Positions 16,225 to 28,223 are shown, counted from the first letter of the stretch. The stretch: 47,818 nt of DNA from Nemertoderma westbladi (GCA_032718475.1 JAUCBJ010005614.1:1-47818); one strand, 5' to 3'. Numbers and translations: made by a program. The notes: generated by a model from the letters alone, not told the origin.

Positions 16225-16386
16225 CCCGTGGTTAATAACTTCATTAAGTTCCGATTTCATACAAGTATCAAAATCTCCGGCAATGCATTTATAGGTTTTG
16301 GCACCTTTCCTGAAATTTTGGTGACATCGGATAGCTAAACACCCCGTTGTATTGACCAACAACAGAAATCCTAAGGTGAATTTCAT
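16225..16386 (-). CDS. Ly6/uPAR protein, first coding exon (signal peptide plus start of the LU domain)
   Basis: Reads MKFTLGFLLLVNTTGCLA-IRCHQ...YKCIAGDFDTC...NHG, then donor GGG|GTTAGT (phase 0, 54 codons). It joins in frame to 14979, giving 145 aa with 12 Cys in the mature part. Confidence 0.75.
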
Positions 16387-16665
16387 TTCCACACCAAAAC
16401 CTGTTACCCTAAGTAAGAAGTGCGCCTACAGTATATTACAACCCATAAATAGTGTGTGTAATCATTAATATTTTATCTTATACAGACAACCACTAATTCT
16501 TTGAAATATATATAAATAGATAATAGAGATCATTTATGACAATATTTAATGGGCTATCTTAACATTTTGTTTGACTCCAATAATTTGTATAAATAATAAT
16601 AAACAAATATATATATAAAAAAATAATGAATTGCGAATTTTGTGATGTTGTTGAGTTTTGAATTG

Positions 16666-16978
16666 CGCTACAAGTATGCTGAACATACGTGGTCGGTATA
16701 CTGAATCGAAGGCTTTAAAGAAGTTAACAAAGATAACAGCCATCTGTATTTTATAACTCTTCACTTAATCTTACAAGCTCTAGAATGTGTTCCATATTCC
16801 TAAGACCTTAACGGAACCCATTGTGGTTCCCGCGTAACAGTCTCTCAACAGGATCCCTGATGCGATTTAATAGAGTTCTATTGTATAGCTTTGCAGCAAT
16901 CGAGATCAACGAGATTCCACGAATATACCCATAGGTTGTTAGGTTGCCATTCTGGGGTACTTTCTTCGTCCTATGCAT
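16666..16978 (-). mobile_element. RTE RT fragment (downstream half of an interrupted minus-strand copy)
   Basis: The reverse strand reads MHRTKKVPQNGNL...IRGISLISIAAKLYNRTLLNRIR...LRGNHNGFR* and then KAFDSVYRPRMFSIL. Confidence 0.85.
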
Positions 16979-17774
16979 ATTTGCTGATGACTTGGAGTAC
17001 TCTCAGAATCACTAGAGGGAGCCCAACGGCTCCTCAGCTCATTAGAACATGCTGCTTCTAGTGTTGGTCTTTTTATTAACTCCAGAAAGACCACAATTTT
17101 GACAGTTAACTTTGAAAGTCCTCAGCAAGTCTCTGATCGGATGAGCATAAGCTCAAAGGATGGTATGCTTGAGCATGTGGACGACTTCTGTTACCTGGGA
17201 TCATGGATCCGGAAGTCAGGTGAGGACCTTCGAATATGTAAGGGAAAGGCATGGGCAGCCTTGAATAGGCTTTCCAGGATTTGGAAGTCATCGATAATTA
17301 ATCGGAAACTTAAGGTCCGATTATTTAGAGCAGCAGTAGTTCCAGTACTCCTCTATGGGAGTCCAGGCTGGGCTCTAACTGCTGAGGACACCAAATTTCT
17401 GGATGGCACATTCACAAGAATGCTACGCCGGGTTCATTGTGTCAAGTACAATGCATACATCTCCAACCAGACACTATATAACATTGGAGCTGTCTCATTG
17501 GTTCCCCCAAGCTTGACATTAGAACAAAATCGCCTCCGCTTTGCAGGACATTGCTTTAGCCGTGAGGACCAGCCAGTGCATAATCTTGTACTTTGGCAGC
17601 CTCATGGAGTGAATAAGCATGGTGGACAATAAGCATAAGCGGGTGATCTAGCAAATGTCATGGGTGGTAGGGAGTTGTAGCGGCGCAATTTTGTCGACAA
17701 GCCGGCACAGCATTCTTAAAAATGCAGCTGCAATGCAGCATGCCGAACCTAGTAGTAGTAGTAGTAGTAGTAGT
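16979..17774 (+). mobile_element. 5'-truncated RTE copy with a (TAG)n tail
   Basis: Starts at the FADD codons (TTTGCTGATGAC). Contains VDDFCYLGSW, KVRLFRAAVVPVLLYGS, RLRFAGHC and LVLWQP, and ends in (TAG)8. Confidence 0.9.
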
Positions 17775-18400
17775 GTCCACAATAATGGTGTGAATGAGCT
17801 CCAAGCACTGTGGAATTTTAAAGACCTCAGGGGGCACGCCATCTACTCCACAGGCATGATTGGTCTTGATGCTCCTAGCTGCAGTCTTGATTTCAGCAAA
17901 GGATATCTGTGAGCACAGACTCGGATACACGATGTACCTCAACGTTATCAGGCAACGCCCTATCATTGTTTCGTAGATTGAGGCGTTCAGCTGGAGATTC
18001 TGCCTCAACCTTGGTGTTTGGTTGGCTTTTATCCCAGTTAACGAGTTAATTGATTCTCATGCCTGTGCTGATTGCCTGCTATCATCTGCATCATTGATGG
18101 CATCAACCAGCTGATTGGTAAACTTATGTAAATTATCTGAAAACTGGCTGTTAACGGGCCTATAACCTAGATACTTGGCTGTCCTTGTGTGCCCGAGCCG
18201 GTGGGATTCATTCTGTGTCTGTGTCTCACTCATTTCGGCAATGACGAGATCTGTGGTCAGTCCCCAGTGTGCCATTTCTCTAATTCGAGGGTAAACAGTT
18301 TTGCACCTGCTGCCTTTAACTTTACTGCCTTTTTGACATCGAGTGGCTGATTTTTGGACAGTAAATGTAAATGGGCCTCCAGAGTGGATATCCCGGATGT
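17775..18400 (-). mobile_element. RTE fragment (upstream half of the interrupted minus-strand copy)
   Basis: ISFAEIKTAARSIKTNHACGVDGVPPEVFK is RT domain 0 (KA.G.DG.P.E.FK). The outer boundary is approximate. Confidence 0.8.
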
Positions 18401-19680
18401 CTACACAATATAGAAAGTAAATACAAACGGCTGTGAATATTTATGAATATATATTACATACATTAAAATAAATAAATAGATTACAATACACCACTAACAT
18501 ACTGTAGGTGTACAGTACATACAGTACAATGCATCTAAATAACGCAAACATCAGACGAATAGTGTAGTATGACCGGCGCCGCGATTTTAAATGGCTATGT
18601 TTAAGTACCGCAGTATAGTGGTCTTTAATTACCGTCTGTCGCATTTTCTGCCATTCTGTGACAATAATGAATTGTGTATATAACTTTTATAGCAATCACA
18701 ATATTCTGTCAGAAAGAAGGATTGAATACTTACTTATTTGCCGGCTGGTGCTGCTATATATTTACGATACGTAACAAACGCGTAAAGACATGGAATTCTT
18801 ATAATGACTTTCAAGCTTTCCAGTATAAATGCATTGTAGTATACAGTAGTATAGATCACTTGGTCATTGGTCAAATCAAACTGTGATCAAACTCTTTAAC
18901 CTAAATTTAAGTATTAAATTTTATACTTTTGTGGAATTTGCTTGAAGTTTGTCTAACGATTAATTAATATTGTAAGCCGATTGTGTAACGAGGTAATTTA
19001 CGGCCTCCTGCACTGTAGATCCATCTCCATGGACGCGTTTCACGCCTGCATCGGGAGTAGCATGCGTTCCATCAAATGTCCTAAAGAGTCCATCCAGACA
19101 ACCCTCCGAACCCACCCTCCACTAAACTGTAATTGTAAATGTAAACACGCAAATTACAACCGACTCGGCGGAACGTACAAGGAATGCCGGTCACTCTTCC
19201 CCATGCCACACATCACATGATTGCTGAATTACGATTACAGCAAATCGATGCTTATTTCGAGATTGAACCCTGGTTCCACATCGGTCCGCGACAGCGATGC
19301 TATCAACTTTATAGAAAACTGTTACAAAGTTAGATCTATTCCCTTTCATCAAAAACATGACCGCATACTAGAATATTTCAATGTCAACTAAATCTCGCTG
19401 GAAATCACCCAAACCACGATGGGGGTCCGAATACCACTTCACCGACAAGAACTACCATAACCACATGGACTACCCAGCATACCATCTCCTAGCTGACAAC
19501 CATTCATACATTGTTCCTCTCCGCGTTCTGTACAGTAAAGTTGATGCTACATTATATTACTACTTTATAGATCCTATGTTTTTATTGAACGTTGCACGGC
19601 CTTTTATCCAATATAGCCACCGGGGCATTAAGCCGGTAATGTTAATTAATTAATTGTACCTTATTGTGTACCAACAATAA

Positions 19681-19815
19681 TCAGGTCAGGTCAGGTCAGG
19701 TCAAGTCAGGTCAGGTCAGGTCAGGTCAGGTCAGGTCAGGTCAGGTCAGGTCAGGTCAGGTCAGGTCAGGTCAGGTCAGGTCAGGTCAGGTCAGGTCAGG
19801 TCAGGTCAGGTCAGG
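19681..19815. repeat. (TCAGG)27 pentanucleotide microsatellite
   Basis: Directly visible, with one variant unit. Confidence 0.98.
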
Positions 19816-19923
19816 AAAGGGATACTGAACTTGGGAGAAACGAAATTGCGACAACTATGGAGAATCGGGAAGCCTGGAAGGATCTCATTTCCACTGTCCG
19901 AGTTCGCTCGACCTAGTAGTAGT
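19816..19923 (+). mobile_element. Extreme 3' end of a second RTE-like family
   Basis: Translates RDTELGRNEIATTMENREAWKDLISTVRVRST* followed by TAGTAGT. This parallels KDTGLEDADDLAKVMGDRE at ~20400. Confidence 0.65.
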
Positions 19924-20189
19924 ATTGTACCAACCAAAGATAAATTTCTGACTGTTGTAAAACTACTATCTAAAATATTGGATGGAGTTTTTAACACTGA
20001 AATAAGACAGTATATTTCACCATATATGGTTTCTGCCCCCATAGATATTAGCAATCTGAGATCATATCGATTGGTTCTGAAAGCTTCAGTTTCAATTGCT
20101 GTTGGAGACGTCTGTGACTGTGATGTGGTGTTAGATAGTCATAATTTAGTTGCAGAACACATAGTTCATGGTCTATGTAATTGTGTAAA

Positions 20190-20500
20190 GTCCAGTGAAC
20201 ACATCCTTAATCAGACTCTATACAACATTTCAGGTGTTCCATTAGTTTCCCCTAGCTTGACACTTGAACGAAGCCGCCTCCGCTTTGCAGGATATTGCTT
20301 TCGCCGTGAGGACCAGCCAGTGCATAATCTTGTGCTTTGGCAGCCTCATGGAGTGAATAAGCATGGTGGACAGCCCATGACTTTCTTGAGATGCATCTTA
20401 AAGGACACTGGCCTTGAAGATGCGGATGATCTCGCGAAAGTCATGGGGGATAGGGAGTTATAATGCAGTTGCAATGCAGCATGCCGATCGTTGTAGTAGT
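20190..20500 (+). mobile_element. RTE 3' fragment, same family as 16979-17774
   Basis: NQTLYNI...SLTLE..RLRFAG.CF.REDQPVHNLVLWQPHGVNKHGGQ is nearly identical to 17460-17630. It ends GCAATGCAGCATGCCGA...GTAGTAGT. Confidence 0.9.
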
Positions 20501-20764
20501 CTCGATTATTATTTAGCATTTTCTCAATAATTTGGTCAATCCCAAAACAGGTATCAGTTATCTGTCTGAGTGATCATTATTGAGGGTCAATCCACGAAAG
20601 TAGGCGAGCATGGCATACGGGTAGGTCGACTACTATCTCAATCGATGTGTCTGAAGATCTGTCGTCTGTGGATCCGGTTTTTTAAACGTTAATAATGAAA
20701 TCTAACCAAACTTGTTATACATGTTGCTTCGCAAAAGGTTATACATTTTCCAAATATAATTTGC

Positions 20765-21290
20765 GTGGGGCCTTCAGGACGAGCGCAAAGAGGCTAATGA
20801 AGCAGGCGAGAATTGTGTTGACTATACTCGTAAACAACCTTGTTTAGTATATTGGACGATATGCCATTTGGATAAGTACTTGTGGTGGAGTGTTTTATGC
20901 TAGTTATTTGGTGACCAGAGGCACAGGACGAGTGCAACGATGGTTGTAATGAAGACGAGTCGGTGTTGCCTATACTCCTAATAACGGTCAACCCCCTACC
21001 CCAAACTGTATTAATATAATAACGAGTATTGTATTGACAATACTCGTAAACCACATGCTTTAGCATGTTGGACGATATGTCATTTTAACCAAATATTTAA
21101 TGGAATTTTGTAAGGTATATATTTGGTGCATCAGGTTGTATACGAGTATCAATCTGCCATAAATCAGCAATTACAGTGAGACTTTGCCTAGTTATAAAGG
21201 TCGTAGGTCTGCGTTTAAGAAAACACGATTGAGACAAAACAGGACGAGCGCAACGAGGCTAATAAAGGAAACGCGTATTGTCATACTTAA
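20765..21290. repeat. Internally repetitive dispersed element starting with a GTGGGGCCTTC motif
   Basis: CAGGACGAG(C/T)GCAA recurs at ~20774, 20923 and 21240. ATACTCGTAAAC...TTGGACGATATG recurs at ~20824 and ~21040. Confidence 0.6.
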
Positions 21291-21639
21291 CTGAAATAGA
21301 CCTAGGTAAAAGCAAAAGCTGAAATGGAACTCTGCTTTTTACAACCATTTTAACGCAAACTGATAGCATCACTCATTGATTTTTTGGGAATGACGGTTTT
21401 CGTATATCTAATAGAGATTAGTAAACTTTCTTATATAGGCTCTACTGCATCGCGAAGGCCACACTATGTGCACCTATATACATAGAGGAATTATTGTTCG
21501 TGTGATATCGTCACTTCTAAAAATAAAAACAAAAAGTTATGTGCACTTATTCCTAACTCTCTAGCTATTGAAAGTGCGAGGAAGAAAGCCTGCTTGTCGC
21601 AGCAATATTCTTGTAGGCCTAATGTAATAGTGTGATCTG

Positions 21640-21919
21640 CACTGCAGATAAGGGGGGGGGGGGGGGGGGGGGGGGGAACTGGACGCAATAAAAATTCATC
21701 CCTCTTCAGGGGAAATTCGACTCAAATAACTGCTGATTAGGCCTACAATCAAAAATAAAACTGTAACCTGTTCTATTGTATTTAGTTTATTGTTTTGGTT
21801 AAAATAAAGTGCTCCTGTAACATGCTCCTTTCCATAAATTTAGAATTTAACATTGAGGCGGGATATTAATTCGCCACGATGGGATTTGCGTCCAGTTTTC
21901 CCCCCTGTCTCCTGCACTG
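21640..21919. mobile_element. MITE related to 15113-15360
   Basis: The ends CACTGCAG...GGGGAACTGGACGCAA and TTGCGTCCAGTTTTCCCCC...CTGCACTG are inverted, and the core is shared with the intronic copy. Confidence 0.7.
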
Positions 21920-23378
21920 AATACTTGTAATTGCGACTCTTGACAAAATTTAATTCAATTTAATTATGAATGTGGGGCGAGCCACGAAAGTAAGCGAGCT
22001 TAGCATACGGGTACCAAGATCAGATCAGATCAGATTATTAATCACAATAAAACTTCCTAACAAAATCAAATCACTCAAAACATTTACTAAATACTCCCAA
22101 CTACCATGCAAGGTTCAGTGAAAAAAACGCCATATGAAAAAACTGGATATATGAAAAACGGGATATATGAAAAAACGGCATATATCTGCCGGACCAACAT
22201 TATTGTATTACTGCAAAGGTGTAGCCACTGTTATATACCGACCGGTAGTGGGGAATGTAAAAGCGTTAGTTTATTTTATCAAAGTACTGTATTATTGGTT
22301 AAAAAAGTCGATTTAAATGTGCAAAATCTCAACATTTCCGCAACATTTCAATATCTACTTATTAATTACTATACCTAATAATTATTACATGCCTCAAGTG
22401 ACAATATATATGTGTTCAAGAATTTAATTTATACTAAGTGACTATTTAACAATATTTAAAATTATTAAAGGGCCACTTTATAAGATAAATGGGCATTTCG
22501 TTTGAGAAACCGGCCAGTCTGACTGTGTATGTGTACTTACAGTAGATCGTTTTACACCTGAACAATGGTGTCCGAATAGCCGACAATGTGTACGAAATAG
22601 AGTAGAATAAAAAAATTGTTGAAAAATACTTGTTTGTACTGTGAGTGGCTTGAGCGGTGCTAAAATTATTTGCGTAGGATGTATGTATATATATGCGGTA
22701 CATAGATATGCACTGTAAACCACATGGGATGCAATCAATTCCCCTTATCCTACCATCACTGATGCACTCATTTTTGTACCAACCACTACCACACAACTCA
22801 TCACATTGCTTGCTACTATGGAACAATATTGATCTAATGTTTTACCATCTCCTTCTAATTGTAAGATGGAAATTCACTGTCATCTTAATTAATATGTAAT
22901 ACATTATGAATTGCAATAATGTCCTATGAACAGTAATAATGCACCCCTGCTTTAGAATGCATTTTTAGAACATTATTTTTTTAATCTCATTCCATAGAAA
23001 ATTTAACCTCCTGTCTCATTGCATAACATCGTCGGTGCGTCGGACTACAATTTAGAATCAACTCTAATCTTTTTCAATTCCGCTATCACCTTCGTCCCTC
23101 CCTACTACGCCTCCATACTTTTAATAATAATCATCAACCTTTACCCGCTTGTGGTGCGAAAGGTCATAACAAATTCTCCCGAAACAGGGGCGAGTTATAA
23201 AGTGAATTATAAACCCCGCACAAAGCACAGACGGTAGAGTAGTTATTATTTAACACAGAGGGAAATTCAAAAAAAAATATAAAAGTAAAGTACACTACGC
23301 ATAAATGCGGAAGTGTAGTACTTACTGGCTGAAGTGTAGTACCTACAACAGTACGAATCATTCTACGAACCTGTTCTG

Positions 23379-24683
23379 ATGTATTTAACTGCCCGAACTT
23401 TATTAAACTATCGCGTTTTGCAACCAAAACGAACCTACGTTACTACCACTAAAACTCCGGCCATAAACCGCGTCGCCATGGATTCCGCTGCTAATAGACT
23501 ACTCAACAGTCACAGTACGGAACGGTACTTCATCGAGTACGGTGGTTTTCGCAGCAACCATCTAGCGCATGGAGTGGTAGCTTTGCATCGATTGGGAGCA
23601 ACGGAAGAGCGCATACGCGAGTTTGCGGATCATTACTCGCGAAGGTTGGAGAAACCAACAGGGAAAACCGACGTTGAAGCTCCGATAATGAGCAGACAAG
23701 AGAGTGCGGGATACATTGGCACGGAGTCTGAATATTACCGATTGGTTAAATTCTACGGGAGTTTATTAGATGATTTGAGTTCGCCAGACGATCTTATAAA
23801 ACAAGAGGCTCCGAGGTTGGTAAAGGGTATGTCAGGGGCGTTACTACACGGGATCATACAGCTGGGTTACGGGCAGTCTATCGGGAACTCCCGGGTTGTA
23901 CTGGAAGGTTTAGCCTACCTACACTACTCCAACATACCTATCAACCTATCTGATGAAGTCATGTCGGCACCTCTACTCCGAGGTGAATACAACTTACTCC
24001 CGGAGTTTGAAAAACTCAGAATTAATCCAGAAGTTCATAAAGTCTTTAGATCCGTGGATTCTTCGGTAACCGACCCCGAGTTCTATTGGCCGGCCGATAA
24101 TTTGAGACGGAATTTACAGATATTGTTATCGACTACCGAATTTGTTACGGTGCTACTAGAAGCTGTTAACGTCGTTAGTTTCCCGTACAATAGCGATTCT
24201 CCCGTCCTCGAGATCGCATGTTTGCTATCCGATCTTATTACCGACACGGCGACCCACTTATACAACACCAGCGCTCACATCAACGACTTCGTATTGTTGC
24301 ATACCGTCACCGCGGCATGGAGTTTCGGGCAGATCCTCCGCACGATAACCGATCTCAAACAAATAAACCTGATGGTCCGCTCCTTCCTGATATCTCTGGT
24401 CGCGATGTATTTCGCCGAGGGGGCCCCTCAACCAACACGTGATGCTGTTCTCCCCGCGGAAGTCCTCCAGTCTAAGACGTGGTCCGAGATACGGGAGCTC
24501 GCGATCTCCGACCCAAGTCACGACGTACACACGATTAAACTCGTGCAGGTCTGTTGGGACCGTTTCAATAATGGCGGTTCCCCCGAACTCTATAAATCGG
24601 CGGCCCTTAACGCTACCCTGTACAACCCGAATAACTTCTACTTCCATATGCGACAGGATTTGCCTATCGAAGAGAACAATTAA
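23379..24683 (+). CDS. Questin oxidase-like (AflY/HypA, DUF4243-type) protein, single exon, 434 aa
   Basis: Histidine motifs GFRSNHLAHGVVALHRLGA, GMSGALLHGIIQLGYG, EGLAY, DFVLLHTVTA and DVHTIKLV occur in the order typical of this family. A second in-frame ATG (GCCATGG) lies at 23478. Confidence 0.85.
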   Translation: MYLTARTLLNYRVLQPKRTYVTTTKTPAINRVAMDSAANRLLNSHSTERYFIEYGGFRSNHLAHGVVALHRLGATEERIREFADHYSRRLEKPTGKTDVEAPIMSRQESAGYIGTESEYYRLVKFYGSLLDDLSSPDDLIKQEAPRLVKGMSGALLHGIIQLGYGQSIGNSRVVLEGLAYLHYSNIPINLSDEVMSAPLLRGEYNLLPEFEKLRINPEVHKVFRSVDSSVTDPEFYWPADNLRRNLQILLSTTEFVTVLLEAVNVVSFPYNSDSPVLEIACLLSDLITDTATHLYNTSAHINDFVLLHTVTAAWSFGQILRTITDLKQINLMVRSFLISLVAMYFAEGAPQPTRDAVLPAEVLQSKTWSEIRELAISDPSHDVHTIKLVQVCWDRFNNGGSPELYKSAALNATLYNPNNFYFHMRQDLPIEENN

Positions 24684-24965
24684 TTAATTTGCTCAAACGC
24701 ATTATTTTAATGTGTTAAAGTTAAATTAAATCGGAAAAATTGAAAAAAAATAGACAATCATAATTTGAGATATTACGTCACGATTTCAATATTTATTCTA
24801 TAATTGTTTTATCTAAATTAAAATTACTGTGACGTCACCACATCCAAATACTCCGTTCTGCTCAACCCTAGTACTCACTACAATCTATCCATTACTAAAA
24901 ATCAACTGAGACCCAGACGTTGTATCTTGTATGTACTATTTGTTTATTATTTATAATAAGGGTAA

Positions 24966-26065
24966 GTCACGTTACGGATACTTGTCGTCGCGTTACGGAT
25001 ACTTGTCGTCGCATTACGGATACTTGTCGTCGCGTTACGGATACTTGTCGTCGCGTTACGGATACTTGTCGTCACGTTACGGACTTGTCGTCGCGTTACG
25101 GATACTTGTCGTCGCGTTACGGATACTTGTCGTCGCGTTACGGATACTTGTCGTCGCGTTACGGATACTTGTCGTCGCGTTACGGATACTTGTCGTCACG
25201 TTACGGACTTGTCGTCGCGTTACGGATACTTGTCGTCGCGTTACGGATACTTGTCGTCGCATTACGGATACTTGTCGTCGCGTTACGGATACTTGTCGTC
25301 GCATTACGGATACTTGTCGTCGCGTTACGGATACTTGTCGTCGCGTTACGGATACTTGTCGTCACGTTACGGACTTGTCGTCGCGTTACGGATACTTGTC
25401 GTCGCGTTACGGATACTTGTCGTCGCATTACGGATACTTGTCGTCGCGTTACGGATACTTGTCGCGTTACGGATACTTGTCGTCGCGTTACGGATACTTG
25501 TCGTCGCGTTACGGATACTTGTCGTCGCGTTACGGACTTGTCGTCGCGTTACGGATACTTGTCGTCACGTTACGGACTTGTCGTCGCGTTACGGATACTT
25601 GTCGTCACGTTACGGACTTGTCGTCGCGTTACGGATACTTGTCGTCGCGTTACGGATACTTGTCGTCGCGTTACGGATACTTGTCGTCGCGTTACGGATA
25701 CTTGTCGTCGCGTTACGGATACTTGTCGTCGCGTTACGGATACTTGTCGTCACGTTACGGACTTGTCGTCGCGTTACGGATACTTGTCGTCGCGTTACGG
25801 ATACTTGTCGTCGCATTACGGATACTTGTCGTCGCGTTACGGATACTTGTCGCGTTACGGATACTTGTCGTCGCGTTACGGATACTTGTCGTCGCGTTAC
25901 GGATACTTGTCGTCGCGTTACGGATACTTGTCGTCGCGTTACGGATACTTGTCGTCGCGTTACGGATACTTGTCGTCACGTTACGGACTTGTCGTCGCGT
26001 TACGGATACTTGTCGTCGCGTTACGGATACTTGTCGTCGCGTTACGGATACTTGTCGCGTTACGG
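24966..26065. repeat. 21-bp CpG-rich minisatellite (GTCGTCGCGTTACGGATACTT), roughly 53 units, with 19- and 18-bp variants
   Basis: Directly visible. Confidence 0.98.
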
Positions 26066-26595
26066 CTAATCTATTTATTGTCTTAGTTTTACATGAATCA
26101 TGATCAATATTATTATATGGTGTTTACGTACGGATGAGGTATGAAAAATGTGAGTATCCAGTATCCAGAGCATTCATTTTAAATTGCCCTCCTACATTGG
26201 TTGCCTAGTAACGTCGGCTGGTGGTGCGTGGTGGGTATTGTTTAACATTAACGTTTTATTATCTATGTGAATAAATGAGACTTAAAGAGTTAAACAAAAA
26301 AAAAATCCAGGGGGGGGTGGGTAATTTTGACTTGAAAAATAAATTTACTAATTACTGTATTATTATTGCTGTATTGAGTACCACAGTACCATAGGTACAG
26401 TATATCGGAATACATGGAATAGGGATTCAATTTATCTTTATAATAATAAAAAGTATCTAAAATCTTGAAATAGCCAGTCATCGGCCGCGGCCACGTATGG
26501 CCATCTCTATAAACTTTACTATCACAAACATTACAAATTTTAGCTAAATAAACGTTACATTGTAAGATTGAAAAATTGTAATGCTATAACTATAA

Positions 26596-27850
26596 TGTGG
26601 GGCGAGACACGTATGGCGAGCCATCAGCGAACTGATATAATTATACTATGGCCGTTTTTCAAAAGTCTGTGTGTGTGTGTGTGACGTGTGTGTGTGTCGG
26701 TAGCCATAAATGTCGGAAGCCATAATCTAAATTAATATATTCAGCTAAAGAGCACCAATCTGAGCGAATGATACATCGGTTAGCAAGGCAGCTAGCTACT
26801 TGCAGACCAATCATAGGTGGCCTGCAGCAGGCTGGGTTGGTTAAGTAGTAATCTCAATAAATAGGACCCAGCAGGAGAGTGGAGAGGATCTACTGTGATT
26901 GGTTCTTGACTTACATTGGTAAGAACCAGCAGTGAATCTTAGATTAGCTTTTTTCAGTTCACATATTGTTTATAATCATAAACACAAAATGATTCAATTA
27001 TTCAATTTTGCAATGTACCGGATGGGTGCTAGCGAGGTAGGCCTAGCAGGTCGTCAGTCCGTCATCCTACAAGTTGGATCTTGACTCTATCATGTGCGTT
27101 CATCTATATGATGCAGACCATCCTGAGCCCGTGGTGAACATGAATTGTAAAGGCTATCTCGAGGCTGATTATTTTACACATTTACTTGATACTTGCATGA
27201 ATGCGTCTTTGAGGTAAAATTGCATTATTCTGCAGTTGTTTTGTTATCTGAGAAATTAACTGATCAGCAAGCAGGAAATTATAACAGCATCATCGTAACC
27301 ACTCTGCTGACACTTTGCAGAATAAATTCTACCAGACCATAGCTGCGTGTTGGGAGGACGTCGACCAGTTTGCGGTTCTTCAGTCTGCCACTAGGAGGCG
27401 AAATGTCTGAAAGTGAAAATCGTATCCTATTTTGTTATTAATAATGATTTTTAGCTGATACTTAGGTCCTTTACACAATATGTTTATAATGTTTTTTTTG
27501 CTGATACCAAGCAGAGTATACTACACCGTAAGGGTGTGTATTTGGGCTTGGGGAGACGATGACCAATCTACAGTTCCCCAGTCTGCCGCTATTAGGGGAT
27601 GAAATGTCTGAATGAGGAAACCTACAATTTTGTTGTTTATGAATGCTTTTTTGCTGATACTTGGCACTTGGCAGGCAGTCTGTCACTAGGGGGCGAAATG
27701 TCTGAAATTACAACCTTCCATTTTAATACGATAGAGTTGCTGCAGTGACCTACTGCACTACAGGTTGTTTGCGAGGACGCTGCCCACTACTCTGCAGTTA
27801 TACAGTTTTCCACTAGGGGAAAATATCACACAGTTTAAACCTTTTCCCAT
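26596..27850 (-). mobile_element. Helentron/DINE-like element related to 5195-6370 (opposite orientation)
   Basis: Has the end motif TGTGGGGCGAGACACG..TGGCGAGCC, then (TG)n, then repeated CACTAGG.GGCGAAATGTCTGAA motifs that are reverse complements of motifs at 5630-5670. The far boundary is approximate. Confidence 0.55.
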
Positions 27851-28223
27851 TTTATTATTTATCTATTACAACATAAAGCCTTATGTTTATTATTGTATGT
27901 AGCTGCAACTAAAGCGGCATCAGTCTGTTTGTTTGAGAGAATGCTCACTTATGTAAAGTTTTGTTAAGTTAATTAATTAATTTATTTATGTTTGATATTG
28001 TCCATTGATTGATTGACTGTATAGAAGCTTGTGAACTAGAAGGTTTCTAGTGTTATATATAAATATGCATGTATGACTGTGAGTCTGTCCAAGCTATACG
28101 CTCCGACACACGAGCACCAATCTGAGCAAATGATCGAAAGCTCTCATCCCGACTCCCGAGCACGTAAACTATCGCTATCTCGAGGCTAATTTTACTTGTT
28201 TGTTTGCGTGAATGCGTATTTTG

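Noticed and set aside
19831-20463. 210-aa ORF as a gene
   Set aside because: It is a chance read-through across an out-of-frame RTE tail, an unrelated segment and another RTE fragment, and it starts at TTG.
24920-26103. ORFs in all three + frames and a CRISPR-like appearance
   Set aside because: Head-to-tail 21-bp units with no unique spacers, no cas genes and a eukaryotic context. The ORFs arise because the unit lacks stops.
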